From assembly GCF_009914755.1 (NCBI RefSeq), contig NC_060936.1: a stretch of 64,000 nucleotides of DNA. One strand, 5' to 3'. The stretch comes from the human T2T-CHM13v2.0 reference genome, Homo sapiens. The position numbers were made by a program, and so were the translations under genes. Below are positions 25,237 to 40,573 of this stretch, piece after piece; the first letter of the stretch is position 1, and each line of letters begins with the position of its first letter. Under the pieces are notes generated by a model. It was not told where the DNA came from and ran no database searches. It saw only the letters and a program-made list of their open reading frames with translations.

Positions 25237-26691
25237 TAGCTGATAACGTCATGTTGTAGACCTTAAATATATACAATGACATTGGTTTTTAAAAAAGATT
25301 AGATTACTGTAAATTAAAGAAAAGAAAAACTCTCACATATTGCTGGCAGTTATACAACCTTTAAATTCCCTTGCAGCTCTGGCCTTCAAAAATTAAACTA
25401 GAATCAAAGGCAGTGGTGATTTTTATTTCACCAAGTCCAATCATGGAAAAAGTATTGCTTAATTATGAGTAGGGGTATGTACTGACTTCTCCAAATCAAC
25501 TCAACAATACTTACTAAGCACCTACTGCATGATTACCGAAGTTGCTTAGTTGAGCAATATTCACAGTTTATAGTCACCTTTCTAGTGGCTAAACGAGGCT
25601 CTTCGTTAAAGCCTCTCCGGAATAACAGGTTTTTGATAAAAATATTTGGACCATGTGATAAAAATGAGCTGCAGTCTCTAAAAACAAGAAAGGTAGGAAA
25701 AGAAGCAGGTAACTGGTAGGAAATGAAACCAACAGGACCCTCTAGTGTGTCTGTACGTTCTTATAGAGGACCTGATTAAACCAGGAAGGGGGACTGTGCC
25801 TGCCCTGAGTTGTCACTCCCACGCATGAACCAAATGCTGCTTTGGTCTCAAAGGCCAATCACACCGATGGGCTGAGGGAGCTGTTCAGCGGATTCCAGAG
25901 GTGAACTCTCCCCCAGCGACATTTTGCTATTTCCATATAAAACACTGAGACGACTCCCACGCCGACCACTGCAGGGAAGCTCCTTCCTCTTTCTGCAAAG
26001 TTTCACATGTGTGGGGCAGGGCAGGCTAACACACATGCTTCACTAATTCACAACGCTCAGACATGAGTGGCTGAAACAACAAAGCTGCATCTCTCCCTCC
26101 CCCCATCAGCATTTCTCCAGGATGGCGCCTGCACCTCACTGAGACTTCAGAGTAAGGGGAAAGGGGCAGAGAGTCCGGCACCAGCAAATAAACACGCTCC
26201 ATTGGCCAAAGAAGTCACAGGGCCATTCCTAACTTCATAAGGGTGGGCAAGTACGATGCAAAATGGAGAAGGACCAGGAATTGGTGAAACACGGTAATGC
26301 TGCTACCCACGTAAGTTCAGAGAGGCTACCTGGGACACGTCCACCTCCAGGTCACGCCTTCCCTTCCACTTCGCTCACGTCTTCAAGATTTAAACAGCGA
26401 TGACACAGAGAGGGGAAAGTCATGTTCACCTTTCCATTCATTTAGCAAACACTTATTGGAGTGACTCCAGGAACAATTCCAGCCCAGAGGTAGAAGAGTA
26501 AGCTGCCTCTGTGGTACCAACAAAGAATCAACAAACACAAAAACAGGTACCTACTGTATCAGCGCGGTAAGATGGTGTTTTTGAAAAGGCGATAGGAAGT
26601 GAGGGAGCAAGCCATGTGGATATCCGGGGGGAGCAATCGAGGGCAGCAGAAGAATAGGGCGTGCAAACAGGCTGAGATGAAACATGGATGG

Positions 26692-27036
<345 letters not shown>

Positions 27037-27959
27037 TGAGAAAATAACTGGGGGAACCATGGTCAGAAAGAGGGAACTGATAGGCGGAGGAGAGTGGGGT
27101 ACACAGCACACGGGGTCGTGCAGCCCACAGAAGGACTTTGTTCCCCGAATGACCTAAGAGGTCGCTGGAGGGCTTTGAACAGAGTTGCAACGTTGACTGA
27201 CATGGCTGTCTCGTGGAGCAGACGGCGGGAGGAGAAGGGCAGAAGCGTGAAGACCAGCGGTGGGAGATGGCAAAAATCTGAGAAAAAGACGGTGATGGCT
27301 GGACCAAGAAGAGCCCGTAGGAGTGCACAGGAGATAGAAAGTGGATTGGGAGGTAGATTTGCTTTATTATTTTTTGTTATAAAAGTCATTCCAGTGAGAC
27401 ATTGAACTTCTCAGAGAAATAGGTATTTACGCAGGTAGAGGCAAAGATGCTTATTGCCTATTGATTACCATAATGAGAACCCCTGGACAATCTCAATGTC
27501 AATCAATAGAGAAGTGGCTACAGAAAAAAAAACTCACAAAAAATAAAAACAACAGCAACAAAAACGATTGAAGATTTGAAGTATTCGATTCTGGGAATAC
27601 TTGTAATTAATGCTCTATGTGTGACTACTTGGAAAAAATGCCACAACATAGAATGTGTATTGTGTTTTCCCTTATATATTTTTTTAAATGTTTTATTTTT
27701 AATTTTTATGGGTACATGGTAGGTGTGTATATTTACGAGGTACATAAGATATGTCCATACAGGCATACAATGCATAATAATCATATCAGGGACAATTAAA
27801 TTACTATTGATTATTCATTTTGACCTTATGTTTTAAAAATTAAAGAAGCTCAACAAACTCCATCTTGGATGTGCAGGCTAATGTTTTTTATTAAATTTGG
27901 CAAGTATTGGTAATTATTGCTTATAATATTTTTTCTGCTTTTTTCTCTCTCCTCTCCTT

Positions 27960-29590
<1,631 letters not shown>

Positions 29591-30002
29591 CACTTGCCAC
29601 CCTTGCCTCTTCTGAGGACATCTTGGGAGGCCCCGGGCCACAAATACCTCCCAACCTGGCGCCTGCAGTTCCAGCGGCTCAGAGCCCTTGTCTGTATAAA
29701 CAGCTGCCTCCTCCTTTAGCCTTTAATTAAAACGCAAATACTCTGAGTGAAGTAACACATTATTTAACATGTTACTTCTTTAACACTTCAGCAAAGAAGA
29801 GATCAGATACAGTTTTCTTTTGGCCAGAAAAAGGAAACTTAGAAGCAGAAAAACGAGGCTTGCCCTCCCAAAAAGAGAGATGGGGCATTGTTTCCATTGC
29901 AGGAGTTTACTCAGAGTTCCGTGTTTTTAACAGTTGCCAAATTTAGAGTGGATTTTTGGTGCAAACTCTTCGATAAATCATAACAAAATTGAGGACGTCA
30001 GT

Positions 30003-30452
30003 GTATTCGTTTCCCAGGGCGGCTGTAACAGATCCCCACAAACCTGGGGGCTTATAACACAAATTGGAGCCCCAAAGTTCAAAACCAGCTTCATGGGGTA
30101 TCAGCAGGTGTGGGCCGCCTGGTTGCTCCGTGGGTCCTGGGGGAGAAACTGATGTCTCTGGTTCCTGGAGGCCGCCTGCATTCGGAGACGTGTGGCCCCT
30201 TCCTAGGGGCACTCCAATCCATTGCTTCCGTCCTCATCTCCTCCAGTTCTGTTGTCAATATTGCTCTGTTTCCTGCTACTAAGGAACTTGAGATTGCATT
30301 TTGGGCCCACCCAGATAATCCAGGAAAATCTCCTCATCCTCAAACTCTGAATTTAATTGCACCTGCAAAGTCCCTTTTGCCATGAAAGGTGCAGTCACAG
30401 GTTCTGGGGGTTGGGACTTGGATGTCTCTGAGGGGCATTATTCGGGCCACAT
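30003..30452 (-). mobile_element. MLT1C/D-like solo LTR
   Basis: tgtattcgtttcccagggcggctgtaaca...; gggcccacccagataatccagga...acctgcaaagtcccttttgcca. Confidence 0.85.
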
Positions 30453-30856
30453 GGCGGAACTCTCCCATGTGTGCTGAGGTTGATTTCTTACTGCTGACAT
30501 TTTCGACACAGATGAAAGACTGAAGTAGCCCAACCCAAAAACTGACGGGGGAGATTTAGGATCTTAACTAAATCTGACATGATTCTGGCAAGGAAAATTT
30601 CAGGGGTAACTTTCAAATAGAGAACATTAAGGTGTGGCACCAAGAGTTCAAGGAAAGAGTTCATGAAGGGATGCTTCTTGAACATCATTGATAAACCAGC
30701 TGCCTCGTCTTTATTTTTAGCACAGGAGGTGTCACTGGGATTATTATCGAGTCACCCAAAGTGACTGTTCTAAAAGGGACAGCCATCATTTAGCTACACA
30801 GTTTATTCCTGATACATTCATTTAGAAATCAGTCCCCATTGCTTGCCAATCACAAC

Positions 30857-31191
30857 TTTTTTTTTGGTTCAGGGGGAGGCTGCGGCACAAGATGAAGTCT
30901 TTTTTGAGATGAAGTCTCTCTCTGTTGCCCAGGCTGGAGTGCGGTGGCGCAATCTCAGTTCACTGCAACCTCTGCCTGTTGGGTTCAAGTGATTCTTTCA
31001 TGCCTCAACCTCCCAAGTATCTGAGATTACAGGTGTGCACCACCACACCTGGCTAATTTTTTTGTATTTTTAGTAGAGATGGGGTTTTACCATGTTTGCC
31101 AGAGTGGTCTCAAACTCCTGACCTCACATGATCCACCTGCTTTGGGCTCCCAAAGTGCTGGGATTACAGGTGTGAGCCACCATGCCCAGCC
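30857..31191 (-). mobile_element. AluS with extra non-Alu sequence in the tail
   Basis: Alu body at 30900-31191; TSD aatcacaac at 30848-30856 and 31192-31200 encloses an extra segment 30866-30899 and a second T-tract. Confidence 0.9.
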
Positions 31192-32079
31192 AATCACAAC
31201 ATTTATAAAGAAACAAACAAAAAAAGCCATGCAATTTTAATGTCGTTTGACTTCTTCAGAACAGTCTTGAGGTCTGTCCTCCGACAACCATCTGTGTTTC
31301 AGGAACAGAAATGAATGTAATAAGGGGTTGCAAAGCATACAGTTATATTTAATATGAATATTTGATAGTAATGGACTTTTTGAATAATAACCCCAGTGAA
31401 AGAATCATAAAATATGGACAGGTTAGACTGAATAAAAACTAACTTTTCTGAAGACTAATATGCACAGACATGCACACACACGTGGATACACACACACTAA
31501 TGAGGGAAATGAAAACCTGCAGAAAATATTTTCATATGAAAAAGAAATCATATTTTTAATATATAAAGAGTGTTTGCAAATCAATAAGTATAAGATGGAG
31601 TCACATAACTGGAATTCTACAATTTTAGGGAAGGGATACTGCTGTCAGTAAATCTTCAGTGCTGTCTTAAGTTGGTTGTAGTTTTCAATTTCTAATAATT
31701 TTTGTCTGACAACCTCAAATTAATGTTAATTTAGCTTCATTATTGTCAATTTACTTTCCTATCAAGGAATAATGGTTAATGTCGTCATATGTATTAAAGC
31801 ACACTTACTTATTGGGCCTATAATTTCTGACAAATGTTGTAGCTATCATTCTTTCATCTGGGACATATTTATGTGCCCTTGTTAATCAAACAGATGCATA
31901 TACAATTCATATCCTCATACGCAAAATATGCTTGCACAGTGAGATTTTTTGGCAATATATTTCAGTGTTATTTAAATGATGAGCAATATATTCTTACATG
32001 CTAAGTATAATAAACTAAAGGCACAGAGCTATTTTAAAATTCCTAGGTCATAATCATGGCAAACGCTTACAAGCACTTA

Positions 32080-32320
32080 TGATGTGGCTGGCTGTTTCCC
32101 CACCCAAATCTCATCTTGAACTGTAGCTCCCTTAATCCCCAGGTATCATGGGAGGGACCCAGTGGGAGGGAATTGAATCACGGGGTTGGTTACCTCCATG
32201 CTGTTCTCATGATAGTGAGTGAGTTCTCACGAGATGTGACGGTTTTAGAAGGGGCTTTTCCCCCTTCACTCTGCACTTCTCCTTGCTGCCACCATGTGAA
32301 GAAGGATGTATTTGCTTCCC
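32080..32320 (+). mobile_element. THE1C/D LTR, 5' 241 bp only (left arm of inverted doublet)
   Basis: tgatgtggctggctgtttccccacccaaatctcatcttgaa... ending at ggatgtatttgcttccc. Confidence 0.92.
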
Positions 32321-32327
32321 AATTTAC

Positions 32328-32701
32328 TATATTAGTCCATTCTCATGCTGCTATAAGGACATACTTGACACTGGGTAATTTATAAAGGAAAGAGGTTTAA
32401 TTGACTCACTGTTCTGCAAGGCTGGAGAGGCCTCAGGAAACTTACAGTCATGGTGGAAGGGGAAGCAAACACATCCTTCTTCTCATGGCGGCAGCAAGGA
32501 GAAGTGCAGAGTGAAGGGGGAAAAGCCCCTTGTAAAACCATCAGATCTTGTGAGAACTCACTCACTATCATGAGAACAGCACACAGGTAACCAACTCCAT
32601 GATTCAATTACCTCCCACTAGGCCTTTCCCAAGACACTTGGGGATTAAGGGAAATAGAGTTCAAGATGAGATTTGGGTGGGGACACAGTTGGACCATATC
32701 A
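32328..32701 (-). mobile_element. THE1C/D full LTR (right arm of inverted doublet)
   Basis: tatattagtccattctcatgctgctataagg...gatttgggtggggacacag...catatca. Confidence 0.95.
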
Positions 32702-32981
32702 TCTTACTAAGCCAAAGGCATTTTTCCAATCATCTGACATACTTTATTTGATTTTTGCAACTCAGTGAGGTAGGTAATGCTATTTTTCCCATTTAAAGAT
32801 AAGGAGACTGAAGGCAGAAAGCTTAAGTAACTTCCCAGGGTCACCTAAGTAGAAAGTGTCAGGACAGGAATCCCAGGCAGGCTTTCTAGCTCTTGAATCT
32901 GTGCTCTGAGCTGCAATGTCATCCTGTCTCTTGCAGGGCGTCATCTGGTTGTATCTAACCAGGTGCATGAGACCGTGATCA

Positions 32982-33424
<443 letters not shown>

Positions 33425-35139
33425 TTGGCCAAGTGAGAATGGGTTGGAGAACCCACAGCTCCTCTTCACTGGAGTCTCACCTTGCTTTGGGTGGCTTTGC
33501 TTGGCTTCCTTGGCAAACAGCCAGGTTCCAGTTCCTCCCTACAGTCCTTTCTTCCTGGAAAGCAATGGTTGCATTTTTCCATCCTGGGAAAGGTCCCAGG
33601 GCTCCCAAGAGCAGAGCAGTTGAATCACTGGGCCCAGACAGGCAGTAGTGCCTTCTCACTTCCTGAGGCTCACCGCTTCCCTTCTATGGATGAGAAAGGG
33701 GGACCCAGGGCCAAAGGGCTTCTCCCCAGGTCACCGTCTCACTCCCCTGGTGCCTGATAATTAATTCAGCAGCTGGAGCTCCTGTTACCACCAAAGATTC
33801 ATTGAACTCTTCCACGTGGAGCTTGCAAGTCAACTGACAAGACACCTTGAGCTTCCCCCAGATGTTCGCATCCCAGGGTTCCGTCATTAGGCGGGACGAG
33901 CTCCGTGCTTATTAGTAGAAAAAAGAGCAATCCACTGAAAGCCGCAGCACCATCTGGAGGAAAATCGATGTCTCTATATTTAGGCCAGATGGGAGCAGCG
34001 TCAACGGAACCGAGCGGCACATGTTTGTACCAGTATGTGCCAACAGCACGCGTGACACCCCACATCTCATTTCATTATTTACCAACTTAGAAAAATAACG
34101 TGTAAGCCAGGCTACAGGCAGGGCCTGTTTATTGAGAATATGGACAGCAGCCCATGCAAATGACAATGTGAGACGTGACAGCAAACACCACCAACAGACA
34201 GTTACTGCCATACTATTGCAACTAAAACGCAACTTTTGGATTCTGTCTGGAGCTCTGTTTTAAGGCATGACTCCAGTGGCCAGTTTTTGCTTCCATAAAT
34301 GAAGGGATGTTTTGTGCCAGACGTCATTGTCCTTCTGGCCCTCAATGGGGCCATTTAGAGCTTTGTGTCTGTTGTGTGAATGTTTATCTAAGCCCCAACT
34401 ATTCTGGAGATATTTGTTAATTTATCCTGCATTCAATGCAAGAAATATTAATATGAACTATGAGTGAGGGAGCATTGCTAAGTGGACCACTGTATTTTTT
34501 TCTGTTCAATATTCATTGCCTGTATTTCTGGCAAAATAGTGTGTCAGTCTCTTTCTGGCAGGTTCACACCAACCATCATCAGGTCACATGAATGGGTTTC
34601 TTCATCCCTTGCATTAGAGGTGGTTATTGTGTCAGCCCATCAAAGCATCCCATTGCCTTAGCCATGGTGGGTTTAGTCATGTTGCATGGCCCAATGAGAG
34701 CTAAACAGGTGCAGTGAGACTTGTGCTGAGCTTTTAGGAGTGAGGCAGGTTCTTTCTTTGTCCTGAAGGGGAGAACATGTAGAGTTCTCCCCTGCAGCAG
34801 CCATCTTGTGACAATGAGGAGCATTTGGGGGAAATCAGACTCTGATGCTATTTTTTCCGTGCTCGTAGATTGAACCATACATAATATGAAGATGATCCAT
34901 GGAGTTTCCAACTGTATGAACCACAAAAATCTCCTTTTCTTCTTATGCCAGTTGGAGTCAAGTCTCTTATGCAATGGAGACTTGTCTCCATTAGAAATTT
35001 CCAATGGAAATTTGAGCACCAGCCCAGTGATCAAAATATTCCTCCATAAGCAAAATAACTCTTGATATTAGTCAACTATGGATGGCCAACGTCAAAGAAA
35101 ATAAATTATTCTGACACTTGTTAAAAATGATAGAAAAGG

Positions 35140-35285
35140 GGCCAGGCACAGTGGCTCATACCTGTAATCCCAGCACTTTGGGAGGCCAAAGCAGGGAGGA
35201 TCATTTGAGTGCAGGAGTTCAAGACTAGTCTGGGCAACATAGTGAGACCCCGACTCTTAAAAAAAAAATACAAAATATTAGCTGA
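35140..35285 (+). mobile_element. Alu left monomer (FLAM or truncated AluJ)
   Basis: Left arm and central A-tract only. Confidence 0.85.
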
Positions 35286-35712
35286 GTCAGGCATTAGCCT
35301 AGGACCAAAGTGAAGTCTGTGAGGGTCTGCCCTGGCCCTTGAGCTGAAGATATGATGGGAGAGACAAGCTTACCTTCCCAATGCTGATTTGAATGAGCCA
35401 GCAGAAAGACAACCAGAAGTGGCAATCACAATTTGTTCTCCTGAGAGACAGCCTGTCTTAAAATGAAGCCCGCATGAGGAAAGCAGTACTGAGGAATAGA
35501 CAGTAGCACAGGTTTCTAACCACATCTTATGAGCCTCCAATTCCTACCCTCCCTAAAGCCAGGACTTTCTGAAGTCTACACTTCCCATTAAGTGAACAAG
35601 TGGATGATTATTTATTAAGCAAACTAGAGTTCATTGTCTATCATTTGAAAGTGAAAAGATTTTATTCGTCAACACATGAATATTTCAAAAAACTCAATAG
35701 TAACCTTAGATT

Positions 35713-35827
35713 TAGGATGATCAACTGGGCTGGTTTGTCCCTGAATCCTCTAAGTTTAGTGCTGGAAAATCTCACATCCTAGGAAACCTCTCAGTCCTGG
35801 AATATCAGGATGGTTGGGTCCCCCCTA
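35713..35827. mobile_element. MER81-like hAT DNA transposon (MITE)
   Basis: Degenerate terminal inverted repeats taggatgatcaac ... gttgggtcccccta; about 115 bp. Confidence 0.6.
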
Positions 35828-36754
35828 GGTCAGCCTGTTAAAAAAGGTTAAGGAAAACTGATTTTCACTTTACTGCAGGTGTGTATGTGGATAAAATGAA
35901 AACCAGAATCAGCTAGGATTCACTGAGCACTTATCATGTGGCAGATGTTCTGATTAGAACTTCTCATATGCTACTTCAGATACACATGACAGCCTTGGAG
36001 AAGGGAATCTTAATATTACTCCCATTTTGCAAATGAGGAAATTGAAACACAGAGAGATTAAAAAATAAAGTTCTTAAAGATGTGCAACTTGTCCTGTTCT
36101 TAAACTGCTGGTTTCTCTAGAACACATTAAATGGAAGCAGATGATCAATAGCTTTGACCAGAAACTTCAGAGTGTTGGTGGTAGTGCAGCGGGAATGACA
36201 AGGAGCTTGGGGCTCCTCCCGCTCTGCAGGACCCAGTTTGATGTAGCTATTTTCAGTGGGAAGGCCATTGACTCCAGACAGTGGATTGAGATCCAAGCAG
36301 GTTTGAGTTTCTGTTGACGCATGCTGTATTTGTTAGGCTGTGAGCTGCAAACAACAGAAACCAAGTTTAGCTAACTTAAGCAGAAGAGATTTATTCAGAG
36401 GACCTTGGGCAACTCACAGACTCTCTGGATTTAAAAGCCATGCAGACAGGAATAATGGCAGAGGTGATGTTGGGGATGTGGTGTGAGAATGAGGCATACA
36501 TCCCAGCCGCTGTGCAGATGGAGTCCTGATGCAGTCTGCCTGCGGGTTGCTGGTGTGCACCCTCTGATCCACAGCAGAATGGAGATGAGACCACATTTTA
36601 AACTTTCTGGACCGGAGCCACACAATCTGCTTTTGAGTGTGCTAGCTGGACTCTCAGGCAAGCCTTCTCCTCATGGCGGCCCCAGCCAGCTCTTGGTTTA
36701 CCTCTTTTTCTAGAGTAATTCCAGATGAAAGAGACCATTGTTTCCTATATTAGA

Positions 36755-37217
36755 TGTAATGGTCCCCACCCCTCCCATCTGCCTAAGATATGTCAATCTG
36801 AAATCTGTGAATGTGAACTGACTTGGAAAAAAAGGTGTCTTCATCAGTGTAATTAAGTTAAGGATCTTGAGATGAGATCCTCTTGGATTAAGATGTGCCT
36901 TAAATGCAATGACAAGTATCAGAAGAGAAGGCAAAAAAAAAAAAAAAAAAAAAAAAAGAGGCCACATAGAAGGGAAGGCATGAAAAGATGGAAGCGGAGA
37001 TTGGAGTGATGCGTCTACACGCTGAAGAGTGCTAAGGATTGACAGCAGCCACCCACCAGGAGCTGGGAGAGAGGCATGGACGCATTCTCCCTAAAACACT
37101 CCAGGAGGAACCAACACTTACGCTCCTTGATTTCAGACTGTGAGATGATAAATCACTGTTGTCTTAAGGCACCCAGTTTGTGGTAATTTATTACGGCAGA
37201 CCTAGGAAATGAATGCA
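36755..37217 (+). mobile_element. MLT1C-like solo LTR containing a 25-nt A-tract
   Basis: gtaattaagttaaggatcttgagatgagat...gagattggagtgatgcgtctac...tttgtggtaatttattacggcag. Confidence 0.88.
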
Positions 37218-37687
37218 CTTCTTAAATGTCCCCTGCAAAATTTCCAAAATTGTATTTCATTGGCATGTTTGGGTAACATGCCCAACTTGGACCAATTCCG
37301 TATGGCCCTTGGATGTAGCTGAGCCACTGAAGTAATGCCTCAGCACTTCTGCTTTGTGAGAAAAATAACCAATTATATAAATTATTAGCAATGACTGTGT
37401 TTCTAATTAATACAAGTCTCCTCTCCATAATACAGAGGAGGAAATTGAGACACAGAGGGATGACGTGCCTTTTGCAAGCTGGTGAGCAGCTCATCCATGC
37501 CCAATAATCCAGGGTGCAGAATAGGCCAACTGGCCAAGTCTGGGATACGTGCCATCTTCTGGAGCCAGATGTTGGGAGTGTTTTAGCCTTAAACAAATGA
37601 CATGAACTTGGCTTGAAAGTAAGATGGTTCCCCAAAGTAAAAGCAAAGCATTGTTGACAGAAGTAGAGAAAAGCAATGCTCAACAGC

Positions 37688-38087
37688 TGTTTTGGATTGA
37701 ATTGTGCCCCCCCAAAGTCATAGGTTGAATCCCTAACCTCCAATGTGACAATATTTAGAGTCTTTAAAGAGGTAATTAAAGTTAAACAAGATCATAAGGA
37801 TGAGAACCTAATTCAATAGGACTAATGTCTTTATAAGAGGAAGAGACATCAGATCTCTCTCTCTCTCTCTCTCCCTTTCTCTCTGTGCACACAGGGTTAA
37901 GGCCGTGTGAAGACACAGCAAGAAGGTGGCCATCTGCAAGCCAGGGAGAGAGCCCTCATTAGAAACCAAACCTGCGGGTACCTAAATCTGGGATTTCTAG
38001 CTTCCAGGATGATGAGAATACACCTGTGCTGTTTAAGCTACCCAGTCTGTGGTATATTTGTTATGGCAGCCTCAGCTGACTAATACC
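37688..38087 (+). mobile_element. MLT1A-like solo LTR
   Basis: tggattgaattgtgcccccc...gaagacacagcaagaaggtggccatctgcaagccagg...gctgactaatac. Confidence 0.9.
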
Positions 38088-38455
38088 ATAGGCAAGAATA
38101 ATTAATACATTTTATAAATCTCATATAGCTAAGAACCACCTGCTGCCCACCACCCTGGGTAGAAGGTTAACGAGAACAGAAGATTGTGCAGCCACTGCAA
38201 TTGCACCCCTGTCAATGTTCTTCTCTTCTTCCTGGGCACACAGTAAGACTGCATTTCCAACCCCTCTCCCCACAGCCAGATGGAATCACGTGACGGATTA
38301 TGGGTCAATGAAACGCAGAGAACTGATACACGTTACCTGAAGGCCTGGCCCTTAAAAGCTACTCATGCATGGTCCCCTTAATCTTTATGGACTGGCTTGT
38401 GAAAGGGATCCGGAGAAGGTTCAAGCCATGAGTGGAAGGGGCCTGGATCTTTGAG

Positions 38456-38505
38456 TGTCTACACAGAGAAAAGACTCTCTGTCTACACAGAGAAAAGACT
38501 CTCTG
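38456..38505. repeat. Perfect 24-bp tandem duplication
   Basis: TGTCTACACAGAGAAAAGACTCTC x2 (38456-38479 and 38480-38503). Confidence 0.97.
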
Positions 38506-38908
38506 ACAAATCATGTTGTGTTGTAATGTGAAGGAGAACTAGACTTACTGTGTTAAAACACTGAGATACTCGACTTTATCTGTTTTTCTAGCCAGTATTA
38601 CTTATCTTCATTAATCAGAAAGAATCCAATCAATATACCAAATAGTCAAGATTTGGGGGTTTTAGTTTTCTAGTCGTATGATTACCAGTGACATTCATGC
38701 TTGTTTCTGAGGTTTTCTGTGTTTTTCAGATTTTTAATAAAGGAAATGTTTTCAAGTAAGAAAAAACGTGTATTCTTATAAAGTTGGCTATGAAGGATTT
38801 GTAATGACACGGCAGCCACTTCACCGTGCATGACTTTCTACAGGCATGATATGAACTCTATTCCCATGCTGTGCAAAGCATCTGTGAAGGTTCCTCATCT
38901 ATGTGTAG

Positions 38909-39097
<189 letters not shown>

Positions 39098-40226
39098 TAG
39101 TTTTGATTGTGAGGAACAGAATCCCGCTCAAACTAGCTCAACAAAAGGAATTTAGTCAAAAGCAGGGACCACCTTGCAGAACCCAAAGTTAAACTAAATA
39201 AAGAGAGCAGGGAAACTCCATGGCCTCCCCAGCAGGAGCCTGTGGCCTCTCATGCTTGTGCCCAGCCATCAGCGAGACTTCTCACCAACCCCCGTCACTT
39301 CCTCTCTTGAGGACCGCGAGCTGCCATGTGTCTCCACTACCCATATTTGAGGTTCCTCCTCCACCACCTCCAAGTGTACATCACTCTACAGGAGCAGGAT
39401 CTCTGGGAGACTCAACCTCTGTGTCAGCTTACAGTCTCAAGAGAGAGGCCTGTATTGGGCTCTGTCTCATTTGAAAGTTGCTTCCTTCCGGGTTTGATGT
39501 GCAATTGTGTCCTGTGCAGGCATAATCTGACCTTCAGCTGCCAAAGCACACCCTTCAAAAGACCTGTGGGTGGGCAGGAGAATTCCAGAGAAGAGAAGGG
39601 TATGACAGCAATAATTGATATGTCTAGTACCTGGCTTGCCTAGAAGAAAACACACAAAATTGTAAGAGTGGATGTATCACTACTACCATTTACTAACAGT
39701 TGTCAAGCAATAACTACCTTCCTGGCACCATCTCCCACTGTAATGGAAAAAATAAACTTTAATAAAAATTTTAAAGGGATAAAAAGAGATCCCAGCAGTA
39801 GTAGTAATATTTAGAGACAAGTTACTTAAGACATTAAGAAGTTCATCAAGATCTCATCAAGAAAACATTAAACTAACATGATGCTGAAATACTGATCAGG
39901 CCAAAAATGCTATGATTCTGTGGAAGTATATACAACTCATACAATATTATGAATATCTACTAAAATGAGGAGAGGCATTTCTGGAATATCCAACATGAAC
40001 TGTTGCTAGGCCAACACAACAACAATCATCAATAATTATTGAGCATCTGGGTATTTCACAAGTGCTTTTATTTAATCTTCCCAGGGCCATTTAGCTAACT
40101 CAAAATCCATTTTAACTCCCCCTTTTACTGCTGCTTCAACTCAGGATGAAAAAGTAGATATCTCTTTCCCTACAGCAAAGGGAAGCCTTGTGACCTTGTA
40201 CTGGTCAATAACATACAGCAAGTTTG

Positions 40227-40573
<347 letters not shown>

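Noticed and set aside
29749-29778. 9-bp inverted repeat GAAGTAACA...TGTTACTTC
   Set aside because: Too short for a miRNA precursor and expected by chance in 64 kb.
36933-36957. Orphan 25-nt poly(A) as a truncated retroposon or processed pseudogene tail
   Set aside because: No convincing TSD or upstream body; more simply an A-run expansion within the MLT1 LTR.
37261-37283. p53-like half sites TGGCATGTTT and TAACATGCCC
   Set aside because: Each has a mismatch at position 1 and they are separated by a 3-bp spacer; too weak without binding data.
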